Source: the human T2T-CHM13v2.0 reference genome, Homo sapiens. From it: 64,000 nucleotides of DNA. The notes below the pieces were generated by a model. That model saw only the letters and a program-made list of their open reading frames with translations, made no database searches and had not been told where the DNA came from. Both the position numbers and the translations under genes were made by a program. Within the stretch, counting starts at the first letter, position 1, and every line of letters starts with the position of its first letter. Location of the stretch: NCBI RefSeq assembly GCF_009914755.1, contig NC_060942.1; one strand, written 5' to 3'. Positions 38,991-55,774 of the stretch are shown here, in pieces.

Positions 38991-40485
38991 ATTTTAGTTG
39001 CAGGAAAGCCACATTTCAAGAAAGACTATTCTGCTTTTATTCTTTTATTTTAAAACCATCGTATAAATGAATAAGTGACCTTCCAGAAGAATTAGGTAAA
39101 CCAAATTTGCAAAGCTTTCTGAAATCTTCAGTCAGTTCAAATGTATGGAAATGGAGGACATCCAAATATTGCATGCAACTATAAAACTCACGTCTATCAA
39201 AAAGAAGACAAAGTTTTCCACTCTTACCTTTCAGCAATATGCCTGCTTGTCAGAATTCAGGACTAATCCTAATGCACCTAAGGTGCATTATCTGTGTTCA
39301 CATTAAGTATCTAACTTAATTCTTTTTAATAAAATATAACTAAGATTATGTTTTCCTCAACAAACTTCCCTTTACATCTTATGTTTGTGTGTCACCCAAA
39401 ATGCTGCTGATAGATGTGAATGAGGAACATTTTGCTATTTTATTCTTGATTATATTTTCTGGAAATCTATTTTATCAATTTGTGACTTAATAAATAAAAA
39501 CATAGGTATATTAATGTCATTCTTTTCTATCCCATTGTTTAAAACTTTGTTTTATGTGTATAGTTCCCTTTCTACATCCTCTCTTGAATATTTAGTTTAA
39601 GCTTCTTTGTCAACACTAATAATAAAACTGTTGAAATGATGATTTTGCCATTGCCCATATGTTTTAATCTACATTGTTTAGTTTCCTTCCCCCTAAAATG
39701 TATTATTTACTGTTTTACTATAGTATTAAGAATATTCTACTTTGATTAATGCCAATAGTTTGCAATGCTGAATGGGAAGTTTATTATGAAAGATAATTAT
39801 AGTTACTAACTTAAAATATTTTATATGTTTTAAATTATTGAGAATATCATTCTGGCTTTAAATATAAAGGGAAATTATATAAATAACCCATTGAAATTAT
39901 AAGTGCAGATGTAAAAATGTGAGCGAAGTATAAAGATTTCTATATGAGTTGTTTCTATTATGTTGATAAGATTGACCAAATCCTCTGTGTTTTATAATTT
40001 ATGTATTCTTGTATAGGGTGAACTAATGATAATTTGCTAAAATGTGCCAATAAGATTACAAATCTGTTTGTTCTGAAATAGCTAACAATTGTTTTAATTG
40101 CATATATATGTTAACTTGGTACATAAAGTTCAAAATCGTCTTGTATTCACAATTGAGTATTTTTTTCTTGCTATTATCTTTGCCTAATAATAATATTGCT
40201 ATCTTTTTCTTAACTGGTTGCAGGTTTCCACAATATGTATCTAGATTTAAATTAGTCAGTCTCATTTTATTTTTGTCTAATTCTGTAGGAGCAGATAGTG
40301 ACACAATTTTTATTTTGATACAGTCTCAAAAATTAGCTTTCTATAAACAGAATTCATATCATAACAAAAATGTTACTGCTATCTACATTTGGTCTCCATT
40401 TTGTGAACTTTTCTGTTGTAACATTAGTTCTGAGGTGATTTGGAATATAAGTATTCAGTTTTTAAACCAACAAGACTTTAGCTAA

Positions 40486-40857
<372 letters not shown>

Positions 40858-42084
40858 TTATAAATACGAAAAGAATAAAATTTGACTATTCTTTGTTGAA
40901 GACATAAAAATGTATTTTTATTTTATTTTTAAATTACTATATTTTCATTTTATTTTCCAATTTAAAATAATAATTAAATCTCTAGCAATTATTTAGTATC
41001 AGAAATTATCCTAAAAATAAAGTATATTTATTTACCTGTTTTTACCTTATTTTGTTGGCTTAGCTGTTCACTATCCCCTTTTGATGTGACTTTTCAAATC
41101 TTAAAAATTTACATTAATTTGTCAAACATTTTGTTGCATTTGAGTGAGTTTAAAAATATCTCGATAATATATTTTATCAAAATTTGAAAATTTGAGAATT
41201 ACTTTGGTTATCTTAAAAAGTATGCTAAAACTGGCTACATTCTTAAATGATAATCTTGATATTATTCTAGGATTGTCTGCCTCTTTTTTCTCTTTGTGTT
41301 GTTTTTGCTGTTGTTTTAATGATTGATTTCATATTTTCTCCTCCTTTTTTCTCTGCTAAGTTTACTTATTTTTATCTAGACAATTGTCATTAATATATCT
41401 GAAATATGACTTGAAGGCAAAGATATTTGTTCAGCTCAGAACATTTCTTATATACATTTTATTTTGTATCTGTGCCACTGTTTTTTTCTGGTTGCAGGAA
41501 TAAATAACTTCCATATGTTGAATCTCTGTAATCCTTCCTCTGTACATTTTTTGGTCTTTTCATCATATTCCGTACTTTATAGAATTTTGCTTATTCTCGT
41601 TTGTCATCTATATCACTAGGTTTATGTGCTGTGATGCCAACTCTTCCCTACTAGGATTTTGTTTTTTGTTGCTAAGAAAAACAACTTTAAAAAAACCCTA
41701 AATACAGAAAATATACTTACATCAAATATATAATTTAAGGAATTTTCACACTAAACACAAGGCACTTATGGGCAGATTTTAATTTTGCTATTTCCTTTTA
41801 AATTTCTTGCAGTGCTTTTTTGAATACCAGTCAGCAACTGATGTACTTTATTCTGTGCATTTTCCTATCTTCTCTCCCACCCACACCAATACACATTGGG
41901 GATTATATCTCTTAGTGCTAATTGTTTATTGCTTGTGTTATGTCCTATGAAATATAAGAATATTTTCTGAGTGGATCATCAAGGAAGGAAATTCGTGGCC
42001 TGGATCTCATATTTTCTTATCATCCTGAATTTTTATAATTTATAATACTCATCACATTTGTATTTATTCTTTTAATGTTTTCTC

Positions 42085-42205
42085 AAACAGATGCTCAGCT
42101 CCATAAAGATAAATAGGAACACTTTATAATTTACCACTGTATTTCCAGTGTCTTTCACAATGCCTTAAATATAGTAGGTACTCAACCAGTACTTGCTGAA
42201 TATAA
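42085..42205 (+). mobile_element. L2 3' terminus
   Basis: ccactgtatttccagtgtctttcacaatgcct ... atagtaggtactcaaccagtacttgctgaat. Confidence 0.65.
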
Positions 42206-43274
42206 GAACAATTAAATAATTGGGGGAAAAAGTGAATCAATAAAAAAGTTAAAGGAGTACTTCCCTGATGACAATAAGTGTCAATCATTTTTCTGGAGGT
42301 TTCAGTGTCTAAATTACCCCCTTAGGACATAATAGTGTGTGAATAGAGTACTACTTACTTACATTCTGGCTAAGCATGCCTATCCATTTCAAAATGTAGA
42401 GCAAGTTGTATTTCTAGACAAGCTCCATTGTTACGGCACAAAGAAAAAGAATTTTGCCAAATCCTAGCATACATTTAACTACTATCATTTTAGTATGCTG
42501 CCTTTTTTACTTTACTCAAGTGTTTCCATAAGATTTGGCAAACACAGAGCAAAAAGACTTTAAGAATTTAGAGTCTGCAATCATATTAATAAAGAAGAAT
42601 CACTTGCATTTCACAGGGAAAAGATATTTTATGAAAGTTGTTTTGTTTGCATGAAGTAGCCATTTAATGAAGAGAGTTTTCTTCTAATTTTGTAGAGTTT
42701 CTCTTTTCTCTACTAAGATATTTTCCCTGAGCCTTTAAACCATAAAAATAAATATTTCAGTCAAGTGTAGAACAATAAAAGAGATGGATTTTCTCATTCT
42801 TTCCAATGATATCTGAAGTTAAAAGACACAAAGAGATACGTGTGAAACACTTGGCTCAGTTACTGGTTACAGCAGTGAATCAGCAGCTCAGAAATGATGT
42901 GAGAATTTAAGGCTCATTGTTAGTGCAATTCAGATAGTTTCCCTCCACGTTGATTGCAGAAACATTTTTGGGATCAACCTGTCCCCTACTGACATATAAC
43001 TTAACTTCCAATTTAGTTTTTATTTTTTCTAACTGAATGGATATATTCACAGATCTTACACTTAAATTTTAGCTGAACATAGCTTTAACTTTTGCTTTTG
43101 AATTATAACTACACTAACTAGGTTTGGATATTTTTTCTATGATCTATCATTAAAAATACTAAAATCTTTTAAAAGTGGTATATAAGCTTTATAAGTGGAT
43201 TTAATTTTAAATATTTTCAAATCCTTTAACTACATGATATGCACATTTTGCATCCCCAACATTTGGTAATTTCT

Positions 43275-45784
<2,510 letters not shown>

Positions 45785-46452
45785 TAAATTCCCACAGGAG
45801 AAAGTGGGAAAGATCTAAAATCGACACTCTAACATCGCAATTAAAAGAACTAGAGAAGCAAGAGCAAACAAATTCAAAAGCTAGCAGAAGACAACAAATA
45901 ACTAAGATTGGAGCTGAACTGAAGGAGATGGAGACATGAAAAACCCTTAAAAAAATCAATGAATCCAGGAGCTGTTTTTTTTTTAAAGATTAACAAACTA
46001 GATAGACCACTAGCCAGACCAATGAAGAAGAAAAGAGAGAATAATCAAATAGACACAATAAAAAATGATAAAGGGCATATCACCACTGATCCCACAGAAA
46101 TACACACTACCATCAGAGAATACTGTAAACACTTCTATGCAAATAAACTAGAAAATCTATAAGAAATGGACACGTTCCTGAACACATAAACCCTTCCAAG
46201 ACTAAACCAGGAAGAAGTCAAATCCCTGAATAGACTAATAACAAGTTCTGTAATTGAGGCAGTAATTAATAGCCTACCAACCAAAAAAGCCCAGCACCAG
46301 AAGGATTCACAGCCAAATTCTACCAGAGGTACAAAGAGGAGCTGGTACCATTCCTTCTGAATCTATTTCAAACAATAGAAGAAGAGGGGATCCTCCCTAA
46401 CTCATTTTATGAGGCCAGCATTATCCTGATATCAAAACCTGGCAGAGACACA
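45785..46452 (+). mobile_element. Inverted 5' segment of the same L1 (ORF2 linker region)
   Basis: Sense-strand ORF2 (aaaagaactagagaagcaagagcaaac; [19 protein letters not shown]) directly abutting the antisense segment. Confidence 0.93.
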
Positions 46453-48699
46453 TTTGGTTCTTTTAAGCAATAGATTAGCCTCAGTTTTAGTATGGTACCT
46501 CTCTCAGAATCAAAAGACTGGACCATCATAAAAATCACACTCTCCCTTAACTCACTATTTTTAAGATTAATCACATTCACATGTATTTTTTTGACTATTT
46601 CTAAGGGAGACTGTGTTTTATTCACTGCTGTACTGCAAATGTTTTCTTTCCCTTCCCATGAATATTTCTGGAAATCTCCTGTGTTTATTTACTTAATTTG
46701 CTTTGTTTTATAGTTTACAAAAGGGCCATTGTAATATGGTATGAAGTTTGTATTCTTCAATAAAACTTAAATCACTAGTTATTCTCTAATACTATAATTG
46801 TCAATGATAATGTCTTCTGTGTAAACCTGGCAATTTTCACTTAATTGCTTCCATGTTTATAAAAGACATAAAAGATGATTAACATCTGGTCTACTGTGGA
46901 ACAGGCCTTGGAAATTACTTAAATAACTTTCCGTTGATACCTTGGGCCATAATCACTAATGGCTTATATAACTTGCAAATGATTCAAATCATTTTATTCC
47001 ACAAATATTTAGCAAAATAGTAGCAAAAATATGACTTGGCTTAAAACCGTCACTTATTTATTGAGGGCATTGCATAACTTAAGCTAATTATGATTGTTAG
47101 TTTTAGATAAATGCATTAGTAGGCTTCCCTTTGGCTCTTGAAATGAATGTTTCTCAAATCAACTTGCCATAGAAAACTTTAAATGATCCTATTTTAAAAT
47201 ACCAGATACAAAATATACTTTAATCAGATGCAAAGGTCATTTCTATTTTCTCTAGATTTATCTTATTTATACTGAAAGATGGAATGGTATGATGTAACAT
47301 GGCCACCAATCATCAATGAGATAAAATTTAACTCAAAAACATTCACTTAATTTTAGAGGCATTTGTGAAAATACTGTAACAGTGAACTTTTGAAATTTAA
47401 AGGAATGATTCTAATTAAATCAGTGACTTTGCCACGTATCAGAAACACCTAGTTAAAGTTGCACTTTTTGCGTTGATAGGATGCTCAGCTATTAGGTGTC
47501 ACAGTATTAATGCTAAAAGCTGATCTGAAGCAGGGAGATTAGGGATTGCCAAAGTGGTATAAATCAGTTAAGAGTGTTGCCTGCAGGTCGTATTTGTTTC
47601 TTTTTATTTTATATTACTTTTCTGTACAGTCAAAGGATAAGTAATTTTTGTTGATGTGAAAATACATTGTTTATTCCTAGTAGCTCCACTATATTTTATT
47701 TAATAGCCTTAAAAATTTTCGAAATCACTGCCTTACTTTGTTCCTACCAAAGAAAATGTAATTTAATAAACCAACTTTTGTTATATTTAAAGCATATAAT
47801 GATGATTGTTCTAAGGGGAGTTGCATTTTAACTGTTGACGCCAAGGCCAAGATAATTATTTGCCTTAAATAATAACTACAATGGAAGAATTATAGGCATA
47901 TTTAAAATAGAAAAGGTGTTTAATAATTGTGATTTTAAACATTTAAAAATTAGAAAAAGCATTTGGAAGAAAATTAAATATTCCTATAATTTCGTTAACC
48001 AGAGATATACCCTGGTGTTATTTTGGAATATTTTCTTGTATTTATATACTGATGATTCTTGAGCATACATAATTTTACTTTTTGTTATTTTATTGAGAAA
48101 AGAGTGAAAATTAATACATAAATGTTTTCCTTCTGTTAAGGGTTCCTGTCTAAGACTCCCTAAGCACTGATAGACTGCCACTAAACACTCATCCACCAGG
48201 AGGAATAGAAATTTTGAAGCAATTAAACCTTTAAGTTTCAAATTTCTGCCCAAGATATAAGACAGTGTATTAATCCCTCTTTTCCCGCAATATCTTCATC
48301 TTAACTTCTCTTTGCTTCCCCTTCCACAACCTTAACCTTCAATGCTCTCGAACCTTCAAAATCATTCCTTTGCATTGTGTTCTCTGTAACAACAGCAACA
48401 AAAACAGCAGCTCTGGCATCTTTCAGTTCTGAACAAGAGGTCATAAATGGTAGGTGTTTCTTGCCTAGAACAATGCAACCTTGAAGGATTCAGAAATGCA
48501 AGTTGTATATTCTCTGGGTTGGGAATTGAGATGAAGAGTTTGCTAAATCTCAAATGCCACTTTTACTATCTTATGTTCCAGTGTGGCTCAGGCTTTCTGG
48601 ATATTTATGAATTGGTGCCACTAAATATCCAGGTCTCCATTCTTACTGGGCCCTAAATTCTGCTCAGCAATCCATCTTCATTTTCCTGCACATTCTTCT

Positions 48700-50235
48700 G
48701 TCAGAAAGAAAATATTTCATTATTTTTCTACTTTCCTCAAACCTTAGATTTCATTTTCTCTCCTCTTGTGCTCATAAGATACCTTACTTCCATCCTTAGA
48801 CAGTACCAAATAGAAATAACTTTTATGTTTTGATGTGAAACGTAGGAACTTAACATAAACAAAGTCTTTCTCCCTTCTCTCTTTTCTTAACCAGTGGAAA
48901 ATGTTGGCTCTGTTTGCATTCAGATTTCCTTCACTTCCACTATTGTATACAGTATTGATTATTGTGTATGCTATTGATTATTATCCTTTCTTCCTTTCTA
49001 TTGGTGTGTTCTCATGACCTTCAAATACCTTCAAGTTATTTTTTAATTGAAAAAATATTGCTTTATTGTAATGTTTCTGTTACCATGTTCCCCATTTCTC
49101 TGTTAAAACAAGCACCACTGTCTCCATATCTTTACTTCACTAATTTCCTATTAATGCTTCAACTTGAAACAATCTGACTTCTGCCTGTAGTATTCCACTG
49201 AAACATCCGTAAGTTATCCAGTAACTTTCCTATTGAGGAGTCCCGTCATTTATTCTTAGCTTACTTGACTTCTCCATACTTTTTGGCACTTTTTTTTTTC
49301 TTGAATCCATCTGCTTGTCCTCTCTTACTCTGCAAACTCCTGACATTTTTTTTCTGTCCCTATAGTCACTACTTCTCAGATATTCTGTATGGATATCTTC
49401 TTATTTAACATATTTTCCAAGAACACATCTTCCACTAATTTTTTTCCTCAATACTCTTTGTCCCTCGGTGATATGCTAAGACTAACCAATATCAGCTAAC
49501 ATGCCAGATCTCCTAGAGACTCATACTCTTCCATGAGAATGGACAGGAGCTGAAGTCTACAACAGGAGCTAGATGTCTCAGAGGCTCTTCAAACTCAGCC
49601 TCTTTACAACTGGATTCCCTGTCTCTTACATAAAACCAATTTTTCTTTCTATGCTGCCTACTTAATCCTGAAAATTATTCTTGACTCCAGCACAACGAGT
49701 CAAGAAATCTTGTAGAGTCTAATTCTAACATGGCATGGCTGCATTCACTTGTCTCCACCTCTGTAGCTACTAGTATGGTTCAAGTATACGTTTTTCTCTT
49801 CCCTATACCAACAATCTGCTAACTCATAACTTTTGCCATCAGTCTTGCTTTCTTCCAAGCCATCTACCACACTCTAATAAGCCTGATACTTCAAAAACAC
49901 TAATCTACTTGCCTGAGTAGCAAACTTAAATCCTTTCAAAAACTTTTACTCGCTCATAGAATAAATTCCTTAACATGCATGATCATGCTTTGTCTTACCT
50001 CTCCAACTTCATTTCTCACAAGCTCTTTTTGCACACAGAAACACAATGTGTGTACACACACACACACACCATAGATTTCCTTCAAATATTACTGAATTCC
50101 AATTTCCACTTAATCCTTGTTTAACTGGTGTCATCATTCTATTTACCTGTAGGATTTTGCATAATCTGTTCTCTCATATCAATACTATTCTCTACTTTAA
50201 CCCCTCCCTTTCTAACTGTTGGTCATCATTCTTAT
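48700..50235 (+). mobile_element. Long degraded L2
   Basis: caatctgacttctgcc ... ttccactgaaac ... cttacttgacttctcc ... cttcaaactcagc ... atagaataaattccttaacatg; boundaries approximate. Confidence 0.55.
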
Positions 50236-50679
50236 CTGTGTCAGTCAGAACTAAAATATGTTGCAATAAATCTTAAAGTCCTATAGCAACAACAATTTAT
50301 TTAGGTGATTTATATACAAACTATTTAAGACATCACTGTCACTCACTTTCAATGACTCAAGCAAGACATACAGCTATTTCTAAACTCAAGGGAGAGTAAG
50401 GATTGGAGTGAGGAAGTACAATACTACCAAATACAAAGAAGGAAGATAATTAGATTATTTGTGAAAAGTATCCAAAAAGAAAACACAGAAAACTTATGAG
50501 CAGCCCTAAGGATATGCATATAGTTTCAACTTCAATAGCATTTCATCAGAAAGTTGCCAACATAACCCCCCAGCAGGTCCTAGATAGGTGCCTGTCTGAG
50601 TACTTCCATATTAAAAGTTCTTCATCATGTAATTTATGGAAATGCATTGTATGCATTGTAGTTTTGTAGTTTTGAAAAA

Positions 50680-50938
50680 TTGTTTTAGAGACAAGATCCC
50701 ACTCTGTTATTCAGGCTGGAAAGCAGTGGAACAATCATAGCTTACTGTTGCCTCAAACTCCTCAGCTCAAGCAATTTACCCACCGCAACCTCCCCAAATA
50801 GCTGTGACTGCAGGCATGCACCACCACACCTGGCTAATTTTTTTTTTTTTTTTTTTCTCAAACTCTTGGCCTCAAGCAGTCTTCCTACCGTGGCTTTCCA
50901 AAGTCCGGAAACACAGGTGTGAGTGATTCCTTCTGGCC
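50680..50938 (-). mobile_element. AluJ-like element with a left-arm deletion
   Basis: gagacaagatcccactctgttattcaggctgga, aatcatagcttactg (J-type), ctcaaactcttggcctcaagc, ends ctggcc. Confidence 0.85.
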
Positions 50939-53359
50939 TGAAATTTCTTCATTATTTATTTGCATCTACTACTAGACTATAAGTTTTGAAAGGCAAGCCC
51001 TTTGTCAGTCACATTATTTTAACACTTAGCAAAGGAGTTGGCACATGTAGGATACCCCAAAATATTTATTGCTGCAAAATAATTGCTAACATATACTATT
51101 TTAAATTATCACAAAAATGGGAAGTATAATATAAAAGTTTACATTGGTCTTTAACTCAATGGATTGTGATAAGCCATTAAACAAAACACAAAATACAGAC
51201 TTGTAATGTGCAATTAAGACCATTAAAGACTTTTAAATTTTGTATTATAAAACTTTAGCTAAAAGTCAGATAGCTCTCAAACGAGCCATAAAAATAATTG
51301 AAGGACTGTAAGTTTGGGAAAATGTTTTCTAAACTATAACTAACAGAGTTGTATTTCTTGTTAATACCATTATAAAATAATACACTTTGGAGATTGCCTT
51401 ATATTGCATTTTCACATCTATGTATCTGAATTGATATTTAATGGTAGAACTCATTAGGGATTTGGATGCATGACCTCAATAATACAAACAATAATGTTTG
51501 GCTCTTGTTCTATCTGGAAACACTTATACTGGCTAATTATTGCTGGAAAAAATAGCAACTTTGCATCAATTATATTTTATAAAGATAATTGAGTTTTGTA
51601 ACTATTCTCTAAAATTTTAAATAACAATTTAAAATGGGTCCATTGGATAAATTTATTTTAAAACTGAGATGTATATCATATGGTTACCAACCTGCCAGAC
51701 CATCAAGTGTCTAAAATTTAGCAATTTTCAAAGTGTCATTTGGGACATCTTAAGTTTGAGTGAGACAATTTAATGGGTGTGTCAACTACTGATGAATCTA
51801 CATTATCTATACTTACATACGATAATATTAGCAAAAGCAATGTATCTGGACCACAAGCACTTGGTTCTCTAGAGAAATGCCTTTATCAACAAAAGGTAAT
51901 GTTATGTACAATTCTATGTAGAACAATAGCAATTTTGAATCTTGATATTTTTTGCAGGCATTGGAAGTTTAGGAAATCAATTTATTCTTTTTAAGCTCTT
52001 TTTCCTGTAAAATTGATATTATAATAGTTAAAGTATTTTATATCATAAATAGAATTTATTTACAACATGTCTATCATTCATGTAATCACAATTTTTATTA
52101 TTAGTCATAGATAATTAATACCCATATCACTAAACAGATTTTTGTCACACCTCCCTAAAGCAAAGATAATGCCCAAAATATCACTCCATTACTGAGAAAG
52201 GCATGGTTGGAGGACATGGCTAAGGAATACAGGAAGAATGTGTTTCCTAATAGTAAACCACCTAATTTCCTAGGCTGACTCATTGACAGTATGGATTGGG
52301 CAGTCCTCTACTCACCCCTCTCTGCATACTAGGGTGACTGAGGACCTGGAAGAACATTTGCATCCAGAGCCAATGCCCCGGAAGGCAAGAGCTCATGGTC
52401 TGAGCATAAGATGAAGTGCTGTTCTATTATACCTTCATGAACCCATTATATCTTGCAGAGCCCACACATAAATGGTGACCCAGTAACTGAAACAAAGACA
52501 GTTGAAATAATCAGAAATTACCTAAATGGTTTCATGAGAAGTGTCCATTATAGCCCAGATGAAAGTTGGTGTTAATTTTCTGTTTATGATTCAAAAATTA
52601 CATTGAATCTCATTAACTGTTAAGATGCTTTTTGGCTTTATTGAATTTTATAGAGTATAAATTAAAAATTACTTGTTTATCTGTTGAAAAACACACAATG
52701 AAATGGCCCTATGTATGTTAGTTTCTGGAACTGATGGAGCTCTTTTCCTTTAAGAAACTAGAATATAATTGAGAAGACAATGCGTACCTATTTATGTATA
52801 TTTTAATTTGGTAGTGTTATTTTTCCAAAATAAGAGCTTCGATATTTTTTCTTTAGTCATCAAGTTGACAAGATTCTTGACTTCTTGTGTCTAGTTCTTA
52901 TATGTTAAGTTTTTCTTTCCTAAACCCAGAGCCATATGGAATTTTCCCCCTCCTGATTCAAAAAAGCAAACCTATTAACTCAGATAATTAAAATACAGTA
53001 AAAAAGTAATCAAGTCACATAAAACAGAGAGCTGAATATGAGGAGTGGGTTAAATCCCGCCAGAGTTCCACTGAAACCAGAAAAGGTCAGTGTCCCCTTC
53101 CACAACATATTTCAGTATAGAATTTTTGAAATTCTTATTTCTATTCCAGTTTGAGTAGTTTCTTCATTCTCCCTGAATCTCGCAATACAATTGAGTGAAT
53201 GAAAACATTTTTAGTGGATGGGTTTTTTCACATGTCCAAGTCTTCAGTAGGGATTCTCTTCATAATTTCACAATATGCTCTGGGAAGCTATTTCCTAGGA
53301 GTGAGAAGGTTTTTACTTTTCCACGGCGATCGTCAACAGCTTCACAGATGTGAGGACTC

Positions 53360-53474
53360 TGATTGACAGATGACTCTTCTTGTATTGACAGTGACTTCAT
53401 GGCAGTAAATATGAGAGAAGAAGCCATAAATATGGACACCTGCATGGACAGCATTTACATTTCTTAGGTGACAG
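53360..53474. promoter_or_regulatory. Candidate TALE/HOX motif cluster
   Basis: TGATTGACAG (53360-53369), TGACAG (53386-53391 and 53469-53474), CCATAAA (53424-53430). Motif match only. Confidence 0.3.
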
Positions 53475-55477
53475 TGGACAAGCAGGCTTACAGACTATAG
53501 AACTAGCTGCTGGTCTTCTCTTTTGCCTCTTTTTCTAGGAAACAAAGAAAATTAAGATTCTCTCTCTCTCTCTCTCACCCACCCCATCTCTCCCATCTTA
53601 CTCTGTTTTGTTCACCCTTCATGGATAGAAAAATATGTCAACATCTTCAAGCCTAGGAAACAGAACAACAACAACAAAAAAAAAATGGACCGAACAAGGA
53701 AAGGAGAAGTAAAAGAAAAGAAAGAGTGGAAAGGCCTAAATGCATTATGGTGGGGTGACTGCTAGACGTTTTGATGAACTAGGTATTGTTGTCTTACCAA
53801 ATTTTGCATTTCTTTGTATACTTGATTAAAGTCAAGATTGAACATGTCCATCCTAATTTAGACACATATTAATTTGGGAGAAAGTTTATTATATCTGGAT
53901 TTTCATCTCTGCCATCCTCTCTGACAGGATGTGTGTAAAGTATATTTCCCAGCGTATTTCAGGAGTGGAATAACAATACGATCTCATCAGGTGTTTCTCA
54001 CATTCCTAGAATATTTGAAAGCTGTAGCATGTAGCTAGTCCCCAAACTTTTACCCCTAAAATTAGTCGTTCTACCAGGTTTTAAAATATCCCACTTATGT
54101 GAATGTAAAGAAGATGTATGTTATTTAATCTGTTGGATGTTTTCTGCAATGTTAGATGACCGGTAAGCATATTTGTCAATCAAGACTGCACACTTAATCT
54201 TTTCCCTTGGCATATTAATATAATCTTCCTCTGAAACCAGAAAGTGTGAATGAAAAACAGTTTTGTTTGAGGGCCTTTTCTGCAATTTTCTCTCTAATAC
54301 CTCAAAAACAAAAGCACAAGAAAAACACAAAAATGCTAATACTTTCTTACAAATATGTTGAAGATAGCATTTTTTGATAAAATTCACATTAGGACATATT
54401 ATATTATTATTGAGAGTTTTATAAATTAACATGATTTTATGTATATACTTTGTGAAAAATTTACTACTAAATTATTTGTATGTATGTGTAGATGCATTTT
54501 TGGAAATCTGGTGCAAAATCAGAATAAAATATTTGCATAGAATGAATGTAAGTGTTTAGTATGCACTGTAAGCTTGCCTACCATGAATTACAGAGTAACT
54601 TGAAGGTAAAGTAATAAATATAGCTAGCTGTTGAATACTGAAAAAGACTTTCAACATGAATAGAGTCCATTTAAGCCAGGCATTACAAGTGAGAACGTTT
54701 GCATTAATTCACTTCTAGGATTATGAAATATAAGAACACAAGTCCAAATAGTTGAAAATGTCATAAACCAAAATGTGATGCTAAAACAGTAAGTTGTTTT
54801 AAGACTCAACTAGGAATGTCATTGACATTTTGTAGACAATCAATGATTTTTCCTTCCCAATTCAGACCCTCCTTTTTTATTGAAAAGATGAAAACAAATA
54901 GTCGAGCAGAAGATATAAGTAAAATCTTAATTTAACAAAGTAAAGATATCTTTGTATATAAATCTCCACTTTGGAAATAGAACATTTACAAATCTTTAAG
55001 AGCTTAAAACAAACCATACATCTTTATTTTAAGGAATATGATATGTAAAATCCTGGTCGATTACTTTAAAATATCGATAAATACCAAGTGTCTAAGCTAT
55101 AGCTTAAGTAAACAAGGGAAGTAAGGACTTTGGCATTCTTAGCTCAAATACTTTTGACCTGTATGTACACATGATATCTTTTTAAAATTTTGTTTAGAAA
55201 ATGCAATGTATGAAGAATCTATGTACTCTTTTCATACGATTGCATAGAGACTTCTAAATATTTCCCTCAGTTTTGCAAGTTAGCTATTATTATTATTCAT
55301 TGTAACATATAAGAATATGAAACTAGTCTTTAAATAATTGACTTCTCTAAAAGAGGGAGTTGGCTTGCATCCAGATATCTATGATTGCAGGTCCTTATTT
55401 TTTTCCTTTTTTAAAAAAATTTATTTCTTCTTTTCTAAACTTGTTGGCACTGCTTATTTCCTCTCTCTCTCTCTCTC

Positions 55478-55774
55478 TTTTTTTTTTGGAGACAGTCTCA
55501 CTTTGTGGCCCAGGCTGGAGTGCAGTGGTGTGATCTCTGCTAACCGTAACCTTCACCTCCCGGGTTAAAGCGATTCTCCTGCTTCAGAATCCAGAGTAGC
55601 CGGGATTAGAGGCACTCGCCACCATGCCCTGCTATTTTTTTTTTAAATATTTGTATTAGAGACGGGGTTTCACCAGGTTGACCAGGCTGGTTTCAAACTC
55701 CTGACCTCAAGTGATCCGCCCACTTTGGCCTCCCACAGTACTAGGATTACAGGCGTGAGCCACCGCGCCAGGCC
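55478..55774 (-). mobile_element. Full-length AluS (Sz/Sx-like)
   Basis: Both arms present, ctcctgacctcaagtgatccgccc; TSD 55775-55790 pairs with 55389-55404. Confidence 0.95.

Noticed and set aside
40108-40485. 125-aa hydrophobic ORF and similar F/L/I-rich ORFs elsewhere
   Set aside because: Composition follows from T-rich DNA; no recognisable domain or exon structure.
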